A DNA stretch of 64,000 bases from a virus (taxonomy: Duplodnaviria > Caudoviricetes): positions 90,555 through 154,554 of IMG/VR virus record IMGVR_UViG_3300032216_001891. One strand, written 5' to 3'. The stretch's first letter is position 1, and every line of letters starts with the position of its first letter. Both the position numbers and the translations under genes were made by a program. This document shows positions 36,697 through 45,826 of this stretch, piece after piece. The notes under the pieces were generated by a model that saw only the letters and a list, made by a program, of their open reading frames with translations, searched no databases and was not told the origin of the DNA.

Positions 36697-39366
36697 TTAT
36701 TCAAATGTAAACAAACTGTCAAACGTGGTTTTGATATCAGTGGCTTCGGCAATGCCCCACTCCAACACACCCAATAAATTTTCCACCTTTTGATCCACAA
36801 TGGTCACTTCCATGAGATCGTTGTCAAATGGTAAGTTTTTAAACCAGTCGGGTATGTGACTTTCATCTGTGGGATAACCCACCGACGTATAGCTCAAGGG
36901 ATTGTCCTTTAATTTACACACAATAGTTTTCATACCATCCACAATGCTCATGGAATAGTTGTCACTCATCATGCGTTTTAAATTGTTCCAGTTCATTGCT
37001 GCTCTCACATGTCCCGGCATATTTGCCTTGCCCAAGCGTTTTTCTTCGGCTGTGTATTTGGTTAAGTTGTTCACACGTTTGGGTGTACCTTTTTCCCAAG
37101 CCGGACGTTCGGCAAATTCAATCTTGAATTCTCTGACTCTATCCACCACACGTTGTCTAACATCTCCAGTGCCAGTGAGTACCTCTAATAAAATTTCACT
37201 GAGAAACTCCTGTACAATTTTGGGAGTGTCACTGCGTTTTAAATCCAAGCCCATGGCCTTGACCTTACCGGGCCGACCCATGACATCCAGTCTGTGTCCT
37301 TCCAAGTCATAGATTAGTACAGCATAGCGTTTCTTTTTAATAAACAAGCCTTTTGACGCAACCATTTCACGCCCACCTTTAATAATAGCACCCATGTCTC
37401 TCGGGCAGTGACAAGCACGTTCCATAAATGCCGGAAAACTTTCGTTTACACTTTCGGCAATGGTGTCGTACAGTTGTACGCAGATGTCCCGGTTCCACTC
37501 CATTCGCCCGGCCTCGACTTCCTCTTTGACTGCGGGCCACGCCGAGAAGTATACCGAGTCTGTGTCACCGTAGATGATGCTAGTTCCGACATGATCATAT
37601 TCACCCGTAATTGCTTCATTAACGTGTGCATCCATGTGCCTTGCAATGATCCTGCCGGTAAGAGTCGTGCTCTGCCCAATGCGGTGATCGAAGAACCTGC
37701 AACCCGGGTTGAGGATCGCACCGTAGAGGCTGTTGAGGTTAATTTTTTTGACCAACTGTCGTTTGTCCCAGAACGCAATATCTTCCGGAGTTTCTGCGGC
37801 TTTCTTTTTGGCTTGTAAGTCTTTTCTTTCTGCATACCATCTCTCCAATAATCCAGGAATAATTCCTTTAACATCGTATTTAAAAATTGTACCATTGGCA
37901 CTGAGTGTCCACGGTTGTCTGCTGTCAAATATCATTCGCCATACTTCAGCGGCTGAATGCACTGTGCTACGACCCGAGTCTTCCCAGTCTATGGTGATTT
38001 CTGTGCCGGGTTCGGCGTTCATCACAGCAGTGTATTCCACGCTGCCAAACATGTTTTCCCAAGCATCAGCAAAACTACTGCCACTGTCGACTTTTTCTTG
38101 AATATATCTATCTGTCATGATGGGACGCAGTTGACCCACAACAGTTTCCGGACCCATGTTGAGAGCTCGAATAGCCGAGGGATACAAACTGTTGATGTCT
38201 ATGGCACCAATGTATTCGTGTACACCGCGTTTGGGATAGGCCACATAAGCACCCGCGGCCTGTGTATTGACTTCTTCCTCTCGTCCTCTGCGATTGGGCG
38301 CCACCATGCCACGGCTGTGTGCTTCATTGATGATGGCCTGTTCAGTAACAGCCACAGCACCCATTGTGGTGGGCAACAACACTGTGTTGTCATGTGCCAG
38401 TTCATTGGCCAAATCCAAGAAACGTAGTTTTTTGTCTAGTTTGGCCAGCAAGGCCACGTCTTGACGATTGTAGTCTATGAACTTTTCAAACTCTCTGTTG
38501 TACAGTTGATCCAAGGTACCTTCGTAGGCAGTTTTATTGCCCACTTCTTCGTATTCGCCGATGGCATCTAAACTATAACTGTGACGTTCTTCATAGGTGT
38601 ATTTTCTATACAACTGCATATAGTCCATATGCACACGTCCAATCAAGTCAAATGTCAACTGTTCTGCACCAAAGCGTTCAAACTTACGTTGTTTGGGAAA
38701 CTGGCCCCACAGGCATAGGCGTCGTGTGTCGTCTTTGCTTAATACACGATTGATACGCATGGTGGTGTAGGGAATATCATAGCCCTCCGAATTCCACCCG
38801 CTCAAGATGTCGGCATCGTCAATGATGTCTAGGAATGTGTTCAACATGTCTGCTTCACGTTCAAACAGGAAACAGTTGTCGAATCTCGAACAGATTTCCT
38901 GTGCCGACTCCCACGAATAACTGCGTGGTGGCACCACCAAGGTAACCATCCGGTCCATCCAGTCCATGTACACTGAGATTGAAGTAATGGGATTGAAAGG
39001 ATCTTCGGGTTTTGAATAACCACGTTCGGGATCAAAGTCTACTTCGATGTCAAAAAAGGCTGTGTGCAAGCGAGGTGAAGCCACGCCAAGATAATTTTCT
39101 TCTAGGCAACGAAATATGGGATTGATATCGCTTTCCCACAGTTGCTTGTTGGAATTTATGCGTAGTTCTTTTTGGAATTCTTTACTGTTACGTGTGGTAA
39201 AACGGCTCACAGGTGTGCCGTATATGGTTCGATGTTTGCCCTTGGGGTCATCATAGTACAGGGTGTAGTTGGCGGGATATTCCCGATAAACTCGTTCACC
39301 TGCAACTCGTTCTACAACATGAATACGATCTTTACTGCGATCAAATAGGGCGTCAACATATGACAT
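36697..39366 (-). CDS. family B DNA polymerase with 3'-5' exonuclease
   Basis: FFDIEV, GWNSEGYD, YNRQDV, DINSLYPS, KINLNSLYG, YGDTDS, KKRY. Confidence 0.97.
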   Translation of the reverse strand: MSYVDALFDRSKDRIHVVERVAGERVYREYPANYTLYYDDPKGKHRTIYGTPVSRFTTRNSKEFQKELRINSNKQLWESDINPIFRCLEENYLGVASPRLHTAFFDIEVDFDPERGYSKPEDPFNPITSISVYMDWMDRMVTLVVPPRSYSWESAQEICSRFDNCFLFEREADMLNTFLDIIDDADILSGWNSEGYDIPYTTMRINRVLSKDDTRRLCLWGQFPKQRKFERFGAEQLTFDLIGRVHMDYMQLYRKYTYEERHSYSLDAIGEYEEVGNKTAYEGTLDQLYNREFEKFIDYNRQDVALLAKLDKKLRFLDLANELAHDNTVLLPTTMGAVAVTEQAIINEAHSRGMVAPNRRGREEEVNTQAAGAYVAYPKRGVHEYIGAIDINSLYPSAIRALNMGPETVVGQLRPIMTDRYIQEKVDSGSSFADAWENMFGSVEYTAVMNAEPGTEITIDWEDSGRSTVHSAAEVWRMIFDSRQPWTLSANGTIFKYDVKGIIPGLLERWYAERKDLQAKKKAAETPEDIAFWDKRQLVKKINLNSLYGAILNPGCRFFDHRIGQSTTLTGRIIARHMDAHVNEAITGEYDHVGTSIIYGDTDSVYFSAWPAVKEEVEAGRMEWNRDICVQLYDTIAESVNESFPAFMERACHCPRDMGAIIKGGREMVASKGLFIKKKRYAVLIYDLEGHRLDVMGRPGKVKAMGLDLKRSDTPKIVQEFLSEILLEVLTGTGDVRQRVVDRVREFKIEFAERPAWEKGTPKRVNNLTKYTAEEKRLGKANMPGHVRAAMNWNNLKRMMSDNYSMSIVDGMKTIVCKLKDNPLSYTSVGYPTDESHIPDWFKNLPFDNDLMEVTIVDQKVENLLGVLEWGIAEATDIKTTFDSLFTFE

Positions 39367-39379
39367 TGGGTCTCCTTAT

Positions 39380-39423
39380 GTGTGACTTTGAGCTCACACT
39401 GCTCTACCTGTTCTTAAGTGAAC
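39380..39423 (-). promoter_or_regulatory. hairpins in the polB translation initiation region (possible autoregulatory operator)
   Basis: GUGUGA-8nt-UCACAC stem directly 5' of the UAAGGAG SD; second stem GUUC-6nt-GAAC. Confidence 0.45.
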
Positions 39424-39434
39424 GACTCTATATA

Positions 39435-39728
39435 TTATACTGTTTTACTTATCATGCGAACAAGACCTATTAGATCAATTGTTACTAAAAAGATGCTATT
39501 GATCATTAGCCCAAAACTTTTTCTTGTGTAACAGGCCCATCCACTGGCTATACAGCCGGAAATAAAAATAGTATATAAAGGAATAACAGGAATGTTGGGC
39601 ACTGTGGCAGCAAATATCACAGCACTGATCACACTACAGGTCCAAGCAAAAAATTCTGCACAAAATCTCAGTGGATAACTGTTCCAGTCGTTCTTGATGT
39701 ACTGCCAAATGTTTTGTAACAGCTTCAT
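39435..39728 (-). CDS. small 3-TM membrane protein
   Basis: Hydrophobic helices; start refined to MKLLQNIW. Confidence 0.65.
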   Translation of the reverse strand: MKLLQNIWQYIKNDWNSYPLRFCAEFFAWTCSVISAVIFAATVPNIPVIPLYTIFISGCIASGWACYTRKSFGLMINSIFLVTIDLIGLVRMISKTV

Positions 39729-40732
39729 GTGCTTAGGTTCTTCCAAAGTTGTTGATTGTTGTGTGCCCAAATTTTTAACAGCAGTGGGTTGTGTGTAGTT
39801 TTGGGATACCACAGCCGGCCAATGGCTTCGGCCACCGCTGCTCCAGTGGCCCGTGTTACTCCTAGATTATCTAGGCAACTGGTCCAAGCGTACTGACTAT
39901 CCACCACAACCGGCATAAACTGCAAACATTCCAGTGCAGCCAATCCTGGACATTCATTCTTACTGGGTACATAGGCCACACGATGTTGTGCCATTAGGTC
40001 ATACATCTGCTCACGTTGGTCAAGTCCAAATGTGTATACATCGGCTCCGGCAAACAGTTCAGCATCGGGTTCATGCGTGATCACTGTTGGTGTTACTCCC
40101 AAGGCTCGTGCAGTTTCCATAAATTCTCTAGCACCTTTGCGTTCAGTAGCATCACCAATATAAAGCAAACCTCGAGTCTTTTCTGTATTTCTGCTATCCC
40201 GCACAGTGAACGGTGTCGGGGTGTACACCGGTCTCGTGGGTGCAACATTGGTAGTGGGTACATTTAAACCTATACGCCATGCAGTGTTGTTGACAATGTC
40301 AATTTGTTCCTGCAGATACTCGTCACTGAGAAAACTATAACGTGAGCCGGCATAGTACACATCACTCTCGTGTTGTACAAAAATACCGTCAGACGAGTGG
40401 GATTGGCAACCCAAAAAACTATGTAGGTCGTGAGCCACAATCAAGTCCGGTTTCACATTTAGTTGAGCCAAGGCTTGAGACACCGTGTCGGCAACACCAC
40501 GATCCACCTGCAACCACACATGCCCGTCCCGCCAATTGGGCTGATATTTGGATTCTAAATCAACATAGACAATTTCGTCTGCAAGTATCTTTTGTGTGGG
40601 CCGAGCATCAGTGACAAAAATTACACGTCGTCCTAGACTGCGTTGCAACTCCATGACAGCATTGATGTAACGTACAATGCCATTGGGCCGTACCAAAACA
40701 CTGCTACAGGTGTGAACAATGGTTTGTATCAA
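39725..40732 (-). CDS. GT4-like glycosyltransferase
   Basis: PNGIVRYI, ERKGAREF, PSKNECPGLAALE (ExxGxxxxE). Confidence 0.8.
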   Translation of the reverse strand: MIQTIVHTCSSVLVRPNGIVRYINAVMELQRSLGRRVIFVTDARPTQKILADEIVYVDLESKYQPNWRDGHVWLQVDRGVADTVSQALAQLNVKPDLIVAHDLHSFLGCQSHSSDGIFVQHESDVYYAGSRYSFLSDEYLQEQIDIVNNTAWRIGLNVPTTNVAPTRPVYTPTPFTVRDSRNTEKTRGLLYIGDATERKGAREFMETARALGVTPTVITHEPDAELFAGADVYTFGLDQREQMYDLMAQHRVAYVPSKNECPGLAALECLQFMPVVVDSQYAWTSCLDNLGVTRATGAAVAEAIGRLWYPKTTHNPLLLKIWAHNNQQLWKNLST

Positions 40733-40989
40733 AGAGTGTGTCCTGCTGTTTCTAAAATCTCATTCAATTCCTCGTGATCGGCATTGGTGTCGCTGAGTTT
40801 TGATTTTTGAGCAATTTTGATGGCTTTTTTCAACAGTGCTGGTTTTAGTTCTAATTCTTCGGCAATGGCCTTGACTGTTTCACTTAAACCTTCGTTTAGT
40901 GCTTCAATTTCGGTTAACACAGCAATACCCTCGTTGAACACTTGTTGTAATTTTGCACGTTGTTCGGCACTGAACATTCTTGATGTCAT
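40729..40989 (-). CDS. T4 DsbA/GapR-like double-stranded DNA-binding protein
   Basis: 86 aa helical protein, ETVKAIAEELELKPALLKKAIKIA; TTGCTT-N17-TACAAT promoter upstream. Confidence 0.55.
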   Translation of the reverse strand: MTSRMFSAEQRAKLQQVFNEGIAVLTEIEALNEGLSETVKAIAEELELKPALLKKAIKIAQKSKLSDTNADHEELNEILETAGHTL

Positions 40990-41054
40990 AACATTCTCCT
41001 ATTGTGATTGATATATCTATTGTACGGCATGTTGTTTGAAAAAGCAAAGAATGT

Positions 41055-41146
41055 TTGCTCGTTTTAGGGAGTTTTGGGCACGACTCCTACTCCTCCCAGG
41101 CCAGCAGCCGGCCACACCACCGTAACTAGTACGGGTCCTAAGGTGA
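41055..41146 (-). ncRNA. candidate structured non-coding RNA
   Basis: GC-rich intergenic stretch with stems CACC/GGUG, CCGUA/UACGG, GGCC/GGCC and GGGAG/CUCCC. Confidence 0.4.
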
Positions 41147-41155
41147 TTCTTTACG

Positions 41156-42850
41156 CTAGAAGACGCCGATGGGATCCACTATAACCAACTGCCCGTTGGC
41201 ACGTCTTCTAATATTTTCAATCTGACCCAAATCCAAATGATAACCTTTTGGCCCAACCAACCCATCAATGATCGCTTCGGTGGCATTTATCAAGCCCGCC
41301 AATTGTTGTTCACTAATGCTGGAGGGTCTTGTTTTATTCTTCATGAACGCATCCAACGCCAGCCGACCTCGTTCCATGGCTGTCATCAAATCCTCAATGT
41401 ATTCTAGAGTAGCTTCTTCACTGGCCACATATTCCAAATACTCTGTTTCGTACACAAAATAATATTCCCTGCCCAGCCAAAACTCTCCTGAATTATATAT
41501 TTGTGGATAATATGTATTGTGTTGATTACGTTGAAAAAACTCCACATAGTCACGCACAGCCTGTTCTCTATCACCATCGCCTATACCCAACACCTTGACT
41601 ATGGTGTTTCTTGGGCTTTTGAAAACCATTTGATCCCGTCCTTCGCCCACGTACTTGTAGCCTTTTGAAAAGAAATAGTCTTGTATTTTTTCGCTGACAG
41701 TGAGTTCATCTGCATCGTTGACTTCGGCAAGTTCCACAGATTCTTTTGTATTCAAATCGCCTGCATAATGCGATATACTACTGTCACTGAAAGGATTATA
41801 TTCTCCTTGTGCTGTCTTTTGTAGTCCCATTTGTTGATAAAAACCTGCACTGTTCCATTTGGCTTCTACACGTATGGTCTTGGCACCACGTTGCAAAGCC
41901 TCTTTAGCAGCACGAGTATACAGTTCACGACCTGCACCGGGTTCACCAATACTGCCAAGCCATAACACATGTGCTTCGGTACCCGCCAGTTCAATGTGTA
42001 TAGCAGACATTTTGGCAACAACACCATGGTAGTTGTACATGAAGATATTATGATCCAATGTACCTTTTTTCATAGAGATGATGTGATTTTTTAACACTGC
42101 TTCAATGGCTGTTAATGCTTGATAATCTTTTTCTAATTTTTCTTCCTGTGCAGGTGTTATTCGCTCATCCATGGAAAGATCATCAACCCGTTCCATGGCC
42201 CGTTCAACCTTGCTTAACACAGTGCTGATTGCTTGTGGGTTGATGGCTTGTTCAGCAAGTTCCACAGATTCTCTTGCAAATTCTCTAGCCCTGCCCTCGG
42301 GGTCCACATGCCAAGCATAGAATCTTGTGTTGGGATATTCCTGTTTCAGTTCCATGAAACTGTTCAAGTTGGGCACAGCATCATCATACATGATGGCCTT
42401 GGTGTAAAGACCTTGATTCAACAAATCACGTATGATCTTCTTTTTCTTTTCTTCTGTTGTAGCACCCTTCATGTTGCCGGCACGGTACACATGCACACGA
42501 CTCATGTCAACACCGTACTTGCGAAAGGTGTCTAAAAACAGTTCTTTATCATCAAAGTCAGCTCGTGCAGTCACCATCACAACACGGTTGCCGGTGTTGA
42601 TGTCGTGCTTGAGTTGATTCATCATGGGAATGATTGGACGTGATTTTTCAAAAAATTCTCGTGCGTTTCTAAAGTCTGCAAAGTCAAACTCTTCGCCCGG
42701 TTGGAGTTGATACAGGGTAAAGTCATGACTGTTTAGGCTTCGAATCACGCGACCATCTCGAATCACATGCACTCGAGTTTGTGTATGCACTAGAGTGTCG
42801 TCTATGTCAAACACCACCAGTTTGCTTGGTTGTATCTCGTCGGCTCTCAT
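41156..42850 (-). CDS. multi-domain protein: HAD phosphatase-like + GNAT-like + protein-kinase-like modules
   Basis: VFDIDDTL/MVTAR/MYDD (HAD); GAGRELY...AGFYQQMG (GNAT); VGEGRDQMVF, IVKV, DLGQIEN, IVDP (kinase-like); modules separated by two ESVELAE copies. Confidence 0.7.
   Translation of the reverse strand: MRADEIQPSKLVVFDIDDTLVHTQTRVHVIRDGRVIRSLNSHDFTLYQLQPGEEFDFADFRNAREFFEKSRPIIPMMNQLKHDINTGNRVVMVTARADFDDKELFLDTFRKYGVDMSRVHVYRAGNMKGATTEEKKKKIIRDLLNQGLYTKAIMYDDAVPNLNSFMELKQEYPNTRFYAWHVDPEGRAREFARESVELAEQAINPQAISTVLSKVERAMERVDDLSMDERITPAQEEKLEKDYQALTAIEAVLKNHIISMKKGTLDHNIFMYNYHGVVAKMSAIHIELAGTEAHVLWLGSIGEPGAGRELYTRAAKEALQRGAKTIRVEAKWNSAGFYQQMGLQKTAQGEYNPFSDSSISHYAGDLNTKESVELAEVNDADELTVSEKIQDYFFSKGYKYVGEGRDQMVFKSPRNTIVKVLGIGDGDREQAVRDYVEFFQRNQHNTYYPQIYNSGEFWLGREYYFVYETEYLEYVASEEATLEYIEDLMTAMERGRLALDAFMKNKTRPSSISEQQLAGLINATEAIIDGLVGPKGYHLDLGQIENIRRRANGQLVIVDPIGVF
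41723..42272. repeat. 22 bp direct repeat (21/22 identical) flanking the GNAT module
   Basis: ttcggcaagttccacagattct at 41723-41744 and ttcagcaagttccacagattct at 42251-42272; 528 bp apart, in frame. Confidence 0.9.
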
Positions 42851-43782
42851 GATTGATCTAACCCATCTATATTAATTGGCATATCTTGCGGAGCAGATGT
42901 TAGTAACATAGTTACAGCTAGTTCAGCTGCTGATTGAGTTGAAAACAATGCCGAATGATCAATTGGTTGTCCTTTATATTTTGCAAGGTACTGTCTTGGC
43001 CAAACATCATCGGGGTCGTTATTAAATTCAAGTTTTACAATGGTTTTTTCTGTTGGTTCTCTATAAATTTTAGTAATAGTTTTTGGTGCTGTTGACCCAA
43101 ACAAATGTGGAAATCCTCCGTGAGAAGACATAACTAAATTTATTACGGCAACTGTGCTTCCAATTTTAATGTTTATATTTTTTCTTTGATCTAATCTCTT
43201 AAATGTGTTTAAAATCTTTTCGCTATCTTGTAGTGCCGATTCTGTTACAGAATTTTTATTAAATATTCTAGAGGATATAGTACGAATATTGACCCAATGA
43301 GTCAACTGTGTACAATTTTCACGCAATACAGGCATGATATTATGTTTAACATACTCCATTACTTCTCCTGGAGAATATAATTCTTTGTAATAGAATTCTT
43401 TACTTTCTTTTAATTCAAAAAACTCCGGATGTTGCTTGCCAAAGTCACGCATGAGTACACCGGCCGCTGCATTGGCTTGATTTTCGGCGTCACTGCCGGT
43501 GGCTCCGTCACCTGGATCCAGTTCATCTTGTTCTCTTTGTCGTGCATGTACCAATTCGTGAGCCAGAGTGCGTAACACATCAATGGGGTGTCTATCACCC
43601 ACTACTAAATTTATTTGTTCTGTCTCCATGTTGAATCCACCAAAACTAGTATCAATGGGCTCACGAAGCAATCGAATTTTGGGAACAGATTTTAATTTTA
43701 CTTGACCAACAAACCAAGGCAAGTGCTGTCGAACCACTGATACAGTGTCTTGACCTTCAACAAGTATTTCAACAATTTTCAT
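42847..43782 (-). CDS. zincin-like metallopeptidase domain plus an unrelated AT-rich C-terminal module
   Basis: RTLAHELVHARQ (HExxH), ENQANA; N-terminus MKIVEILVE. Confidence 0.7.
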   Translation of the reverse strand: MKIVEILVEGQDTVSVVRQHLPWFVGQVKLKSVPKIRLLREPIDTSFGGFNMETEQINLVVGDRHPIDVLRTLAHELVHARQREQDELDPGDGATGSDAENQANAAAGVLMRDFGKQHPEFFELKESKEFYYKELYSPGEVMEYVKHNIMPVLRENCTQLTHWVNIRTISSRIFNKNSVTESALQDSEKILNTFKRLDQRKNINIKIGSTVAVINLVMSSHGGFPHLFGSTAPKTITKIYREPTEKTIVKLEFNNDPDDVWPRQYLAKYKGQPIDHSALFSTQSAAELAVTMLLTSAPQDMPINIDGLDQS

Positions 43783-44465
43783 TTTTTATGGCCTGACTTC
43801 ATGTTGGCACACCAGTGGTACATTCGAGCCCGTTCGCCCGATGCATTTTTGGCTTTACGACGAAGGTCAGTTACACTGCCTGCACAACTGGCACCCGAAC
43901 GTTTCACACGTCCGGGACGACTCTTGCCTCGTACCTTGCCATCGGCAAAGTTTTCATCTATATCTTTTTCTAAAAAACAATCGGCAATTTCTTGGCATAC
44001 ATGCTGTATTTTTTCGTTTTGTGTGGCAACGCAATCAAATGTGTTGTGTTGGGTATGTATATCCTGTGTGGGATCCATGTAACCACAATACACTCGATGT
44101 ATGTTTAAGTCATCCATTAGTTCGCTACAGCTGATGCCTGCACGTTCTTGAGCCATGTGTCCTGTACGTTCTACACAAGGGCTCAGTGTGGTAATCATTA
44201 AACAACCCGAGGGCAACTCACCATGTGCTTGCTCGTAATTTCTCACTGCCGCACGTTCGGCATGTATACGTTTGCTGTTATCAACAACATGATTGATACC
44301 CAAGGCTTGATTGCCTTTGGGGTCTACTACACAAGCAGCCACCAGTCCATAATGATCGGCGTTTTTACGCTGTGCCTGCAGGATCATTTCGCAAAGATCC
44401 ACTAGAATACGATCGTACTCTTCGGTATTGTCAAACTGGTGCGTAAGGATTTCTTGGGCGATCAT
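43779..44465 (-). CDS. cytidine/deoxycytidylate deaminase-like domain plus a basic C-terminal module
   Basis: VAACVV, HAERAA, TTLSPC...SC; followed by DENFADGKVRGKSRPGR module. Confidence 0.7.
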   Translation of the reverse strand: MIAQEILTHQFDNTEEYDRILVDLCEMILQAQRKNADHYGLVAACVVDPKGNQALGINHVVDNSKRIHAERAAVRNYEQAHGELPSGCLMITTLSPCVERTGHMAQERAGISCSELMDDLNIHRVYCGYMDPTQDIHTQHNTFDCVATQNEKIQHVCQEIADCFLEKDIDENFADGKVRGKSRPGRVKRSGASCAGSVTDLRRKAKNASGERARMYHWCANMKSGHKK

Positions 44466-44510
44466 CTTCAGGGTTTTCCGGTTCAGGATACACAGGGTAA
44501 GGATAGTTCA

Positions 44511-45392
44511 TCAGCAATTCCAACGACGACGTGCCTTGCATATTGCCTTGTCCGGAGTCTTGGAACACGAAATGTTATGCATCTTCATTTGACCTCGGCT
44601 TCTTGAACAGTAGCTTTTTCTACGCTTTGACGCTTTGCTACCACGCTTTAGCTTCGACGGCTTGGTGGTTACAGCAGTTTTTAATTTTGAACCCGGATGC
44701 TCTCTGCGATAGGCATTGACAGCTTTTTGACTCATGCCTGATGTGTGATCCTTTTTATTGACCTTTTGCCAATCTTCAGTGATGGTTTGTTGTGTGACTG
44801 CAAATACATACAGTTCATCATCTGTTAATGATTCTAGGTCTTCCCATATCACTTCGGCATCTACACCGTTGTGATCAGCCAAGCCTTCAATGATGCTTTC
44901 AACAAGATCAAACTCTTCATTTAAATCTCCATTGTAATTGTCGTGTTTATCACGAATACTATCTAATTCTTCTTCGCTGGCTCCGTCACGCCCGGCTTTT
45001 GCTAGTTCTTTCATTCCATCTTTGCCGTATTTCATTACACCTTTAGCAGCACGACTCATTGTTTTTTCTTCTTCAATGACACTTTCATTGGGCACACAGT
45101 TACGCACCTGTCCGCCGTTTTTACCCCGCTTGGTGCCTTCGGCATGTTTGCCGGGCCAGCAACGGGTAAAACCGTTGGCGTCCTTTTGACCTTTGGCAAT
45201 TTCATTTAAGTTGCCGTGTGTTTGACACCGGCCGCAATCCGGGCAAGTCATTTCCATTACTTCATGACTTTCATTATGCTTCTTTTTACCAGCACAGTGA
45301 GCCCGTTGACTAAATCCCTTTGGGTGTGAGCAGTTGATACTCTTCTTGTATTTGGCTGTCCACTTTTCTGTTAGTATTTCGCTGATTCTCAT
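44511..45392 (-). CDS. modular basic, Cys-rich protein (putative internal head polyprotein)
   Basis: Start refined to MRISEILTE; short Lys/Arg/Cys-rich segments separated by xNE/LNE/ITE. Confidence 0.65.
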   Translation of the reverse strand: MRISEILTEKWTAKYKKSINCSHPKGFSQRAHCAGKKKHNESHEVMEMTCPDCGRCQTHGNLNEIAKGQKDANGFTRCWPGKHAEGTKRGKNGGQVRNCVPNESVIEEEKTMSRAAKGVMKYGKDGMKELAKAGRDGASEEELDSIRDKHDNYNGDLNEEFDLVESIIEGLADHNGVDAEVIWEDLESLTDDELYVFAVTQQTITEDWQKVNKKDHTSGMSQKAVNAYRREHPGSKLKTAVTTKPSKLKRGSKASKRRKSYCSRSRGQMKMHNISCSKTPDKAICKARRRWNC

Positions 45393-45826
45393 TTCAATGT
45401 ACTCTTTAGCATCCATGCGTGTTTTCTAAAAGCATCCATTCTTTCGGCAAGAAAATTGCTGAAGCCGTGTTCACCTGCTGCCTCGGCTTGATCGTAAACA
45501 ATTTTTAATATTTTAACCATTTTGTCTGCATCTTCCAACAGTTCTGCCACCATTGCTTCTCCGGGGAGCACCTGTGTTTCATCTTCAATGCGGGTCAACA
45601 TGCTGAATCTACTGTTTGACCCGGGAGCATAAGCACCTAAACTACGAATCTTTTCAGCAAACTCGTCAACAGTGCCGTAAACTTCTGTATACACAGTTTC
45701 AAATAATGCATGTAGTTCTTGGAAGTGTATTCCTTCAACATTCCAGTGAAAGAATGCGGCCTTTAAATAAAATGTAAATTGACTGGCAAAGGCTATCTTT
45801 GCCGCTTGTGTTAGTTCATCGTTCAT
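45389..45826 (-). CDS. dps: Dps/ferritin-like protein
   Basis: FHWNVEG, FQELHALFE, DEFAEKIRSLG, KHAWML. Confidence 0.93.
   Translation of the reverse strand: MNDELTQAAKIAFASQFTFYLKAAFFHWNVEGIHFQELHALFETVYTEVYGTVDEFAEKIRSLGAYAPGSNSRFSMLTRIEDETQVLPGEAMVAELLEDADKMVKILKIVYDQAEAAGEHGFSNFLAERMDAFRKHAWMLKSTLK

Noticed and set aside
36697-39366. Intein or intron in the DNA polymerase
   Set aside because: 889 aa with normally spaced polB motifs; no splice-junction or homing endonuclease motifs
41055-41146. tRNA or HDV-like ribozyme
   Set aside because: No cloverleaf or TTCGA T-loop; GGCCGGC recalls the HDV 5' end but I could not build the nested double pseudoknot. Kept only as an unassigned RNA candidate
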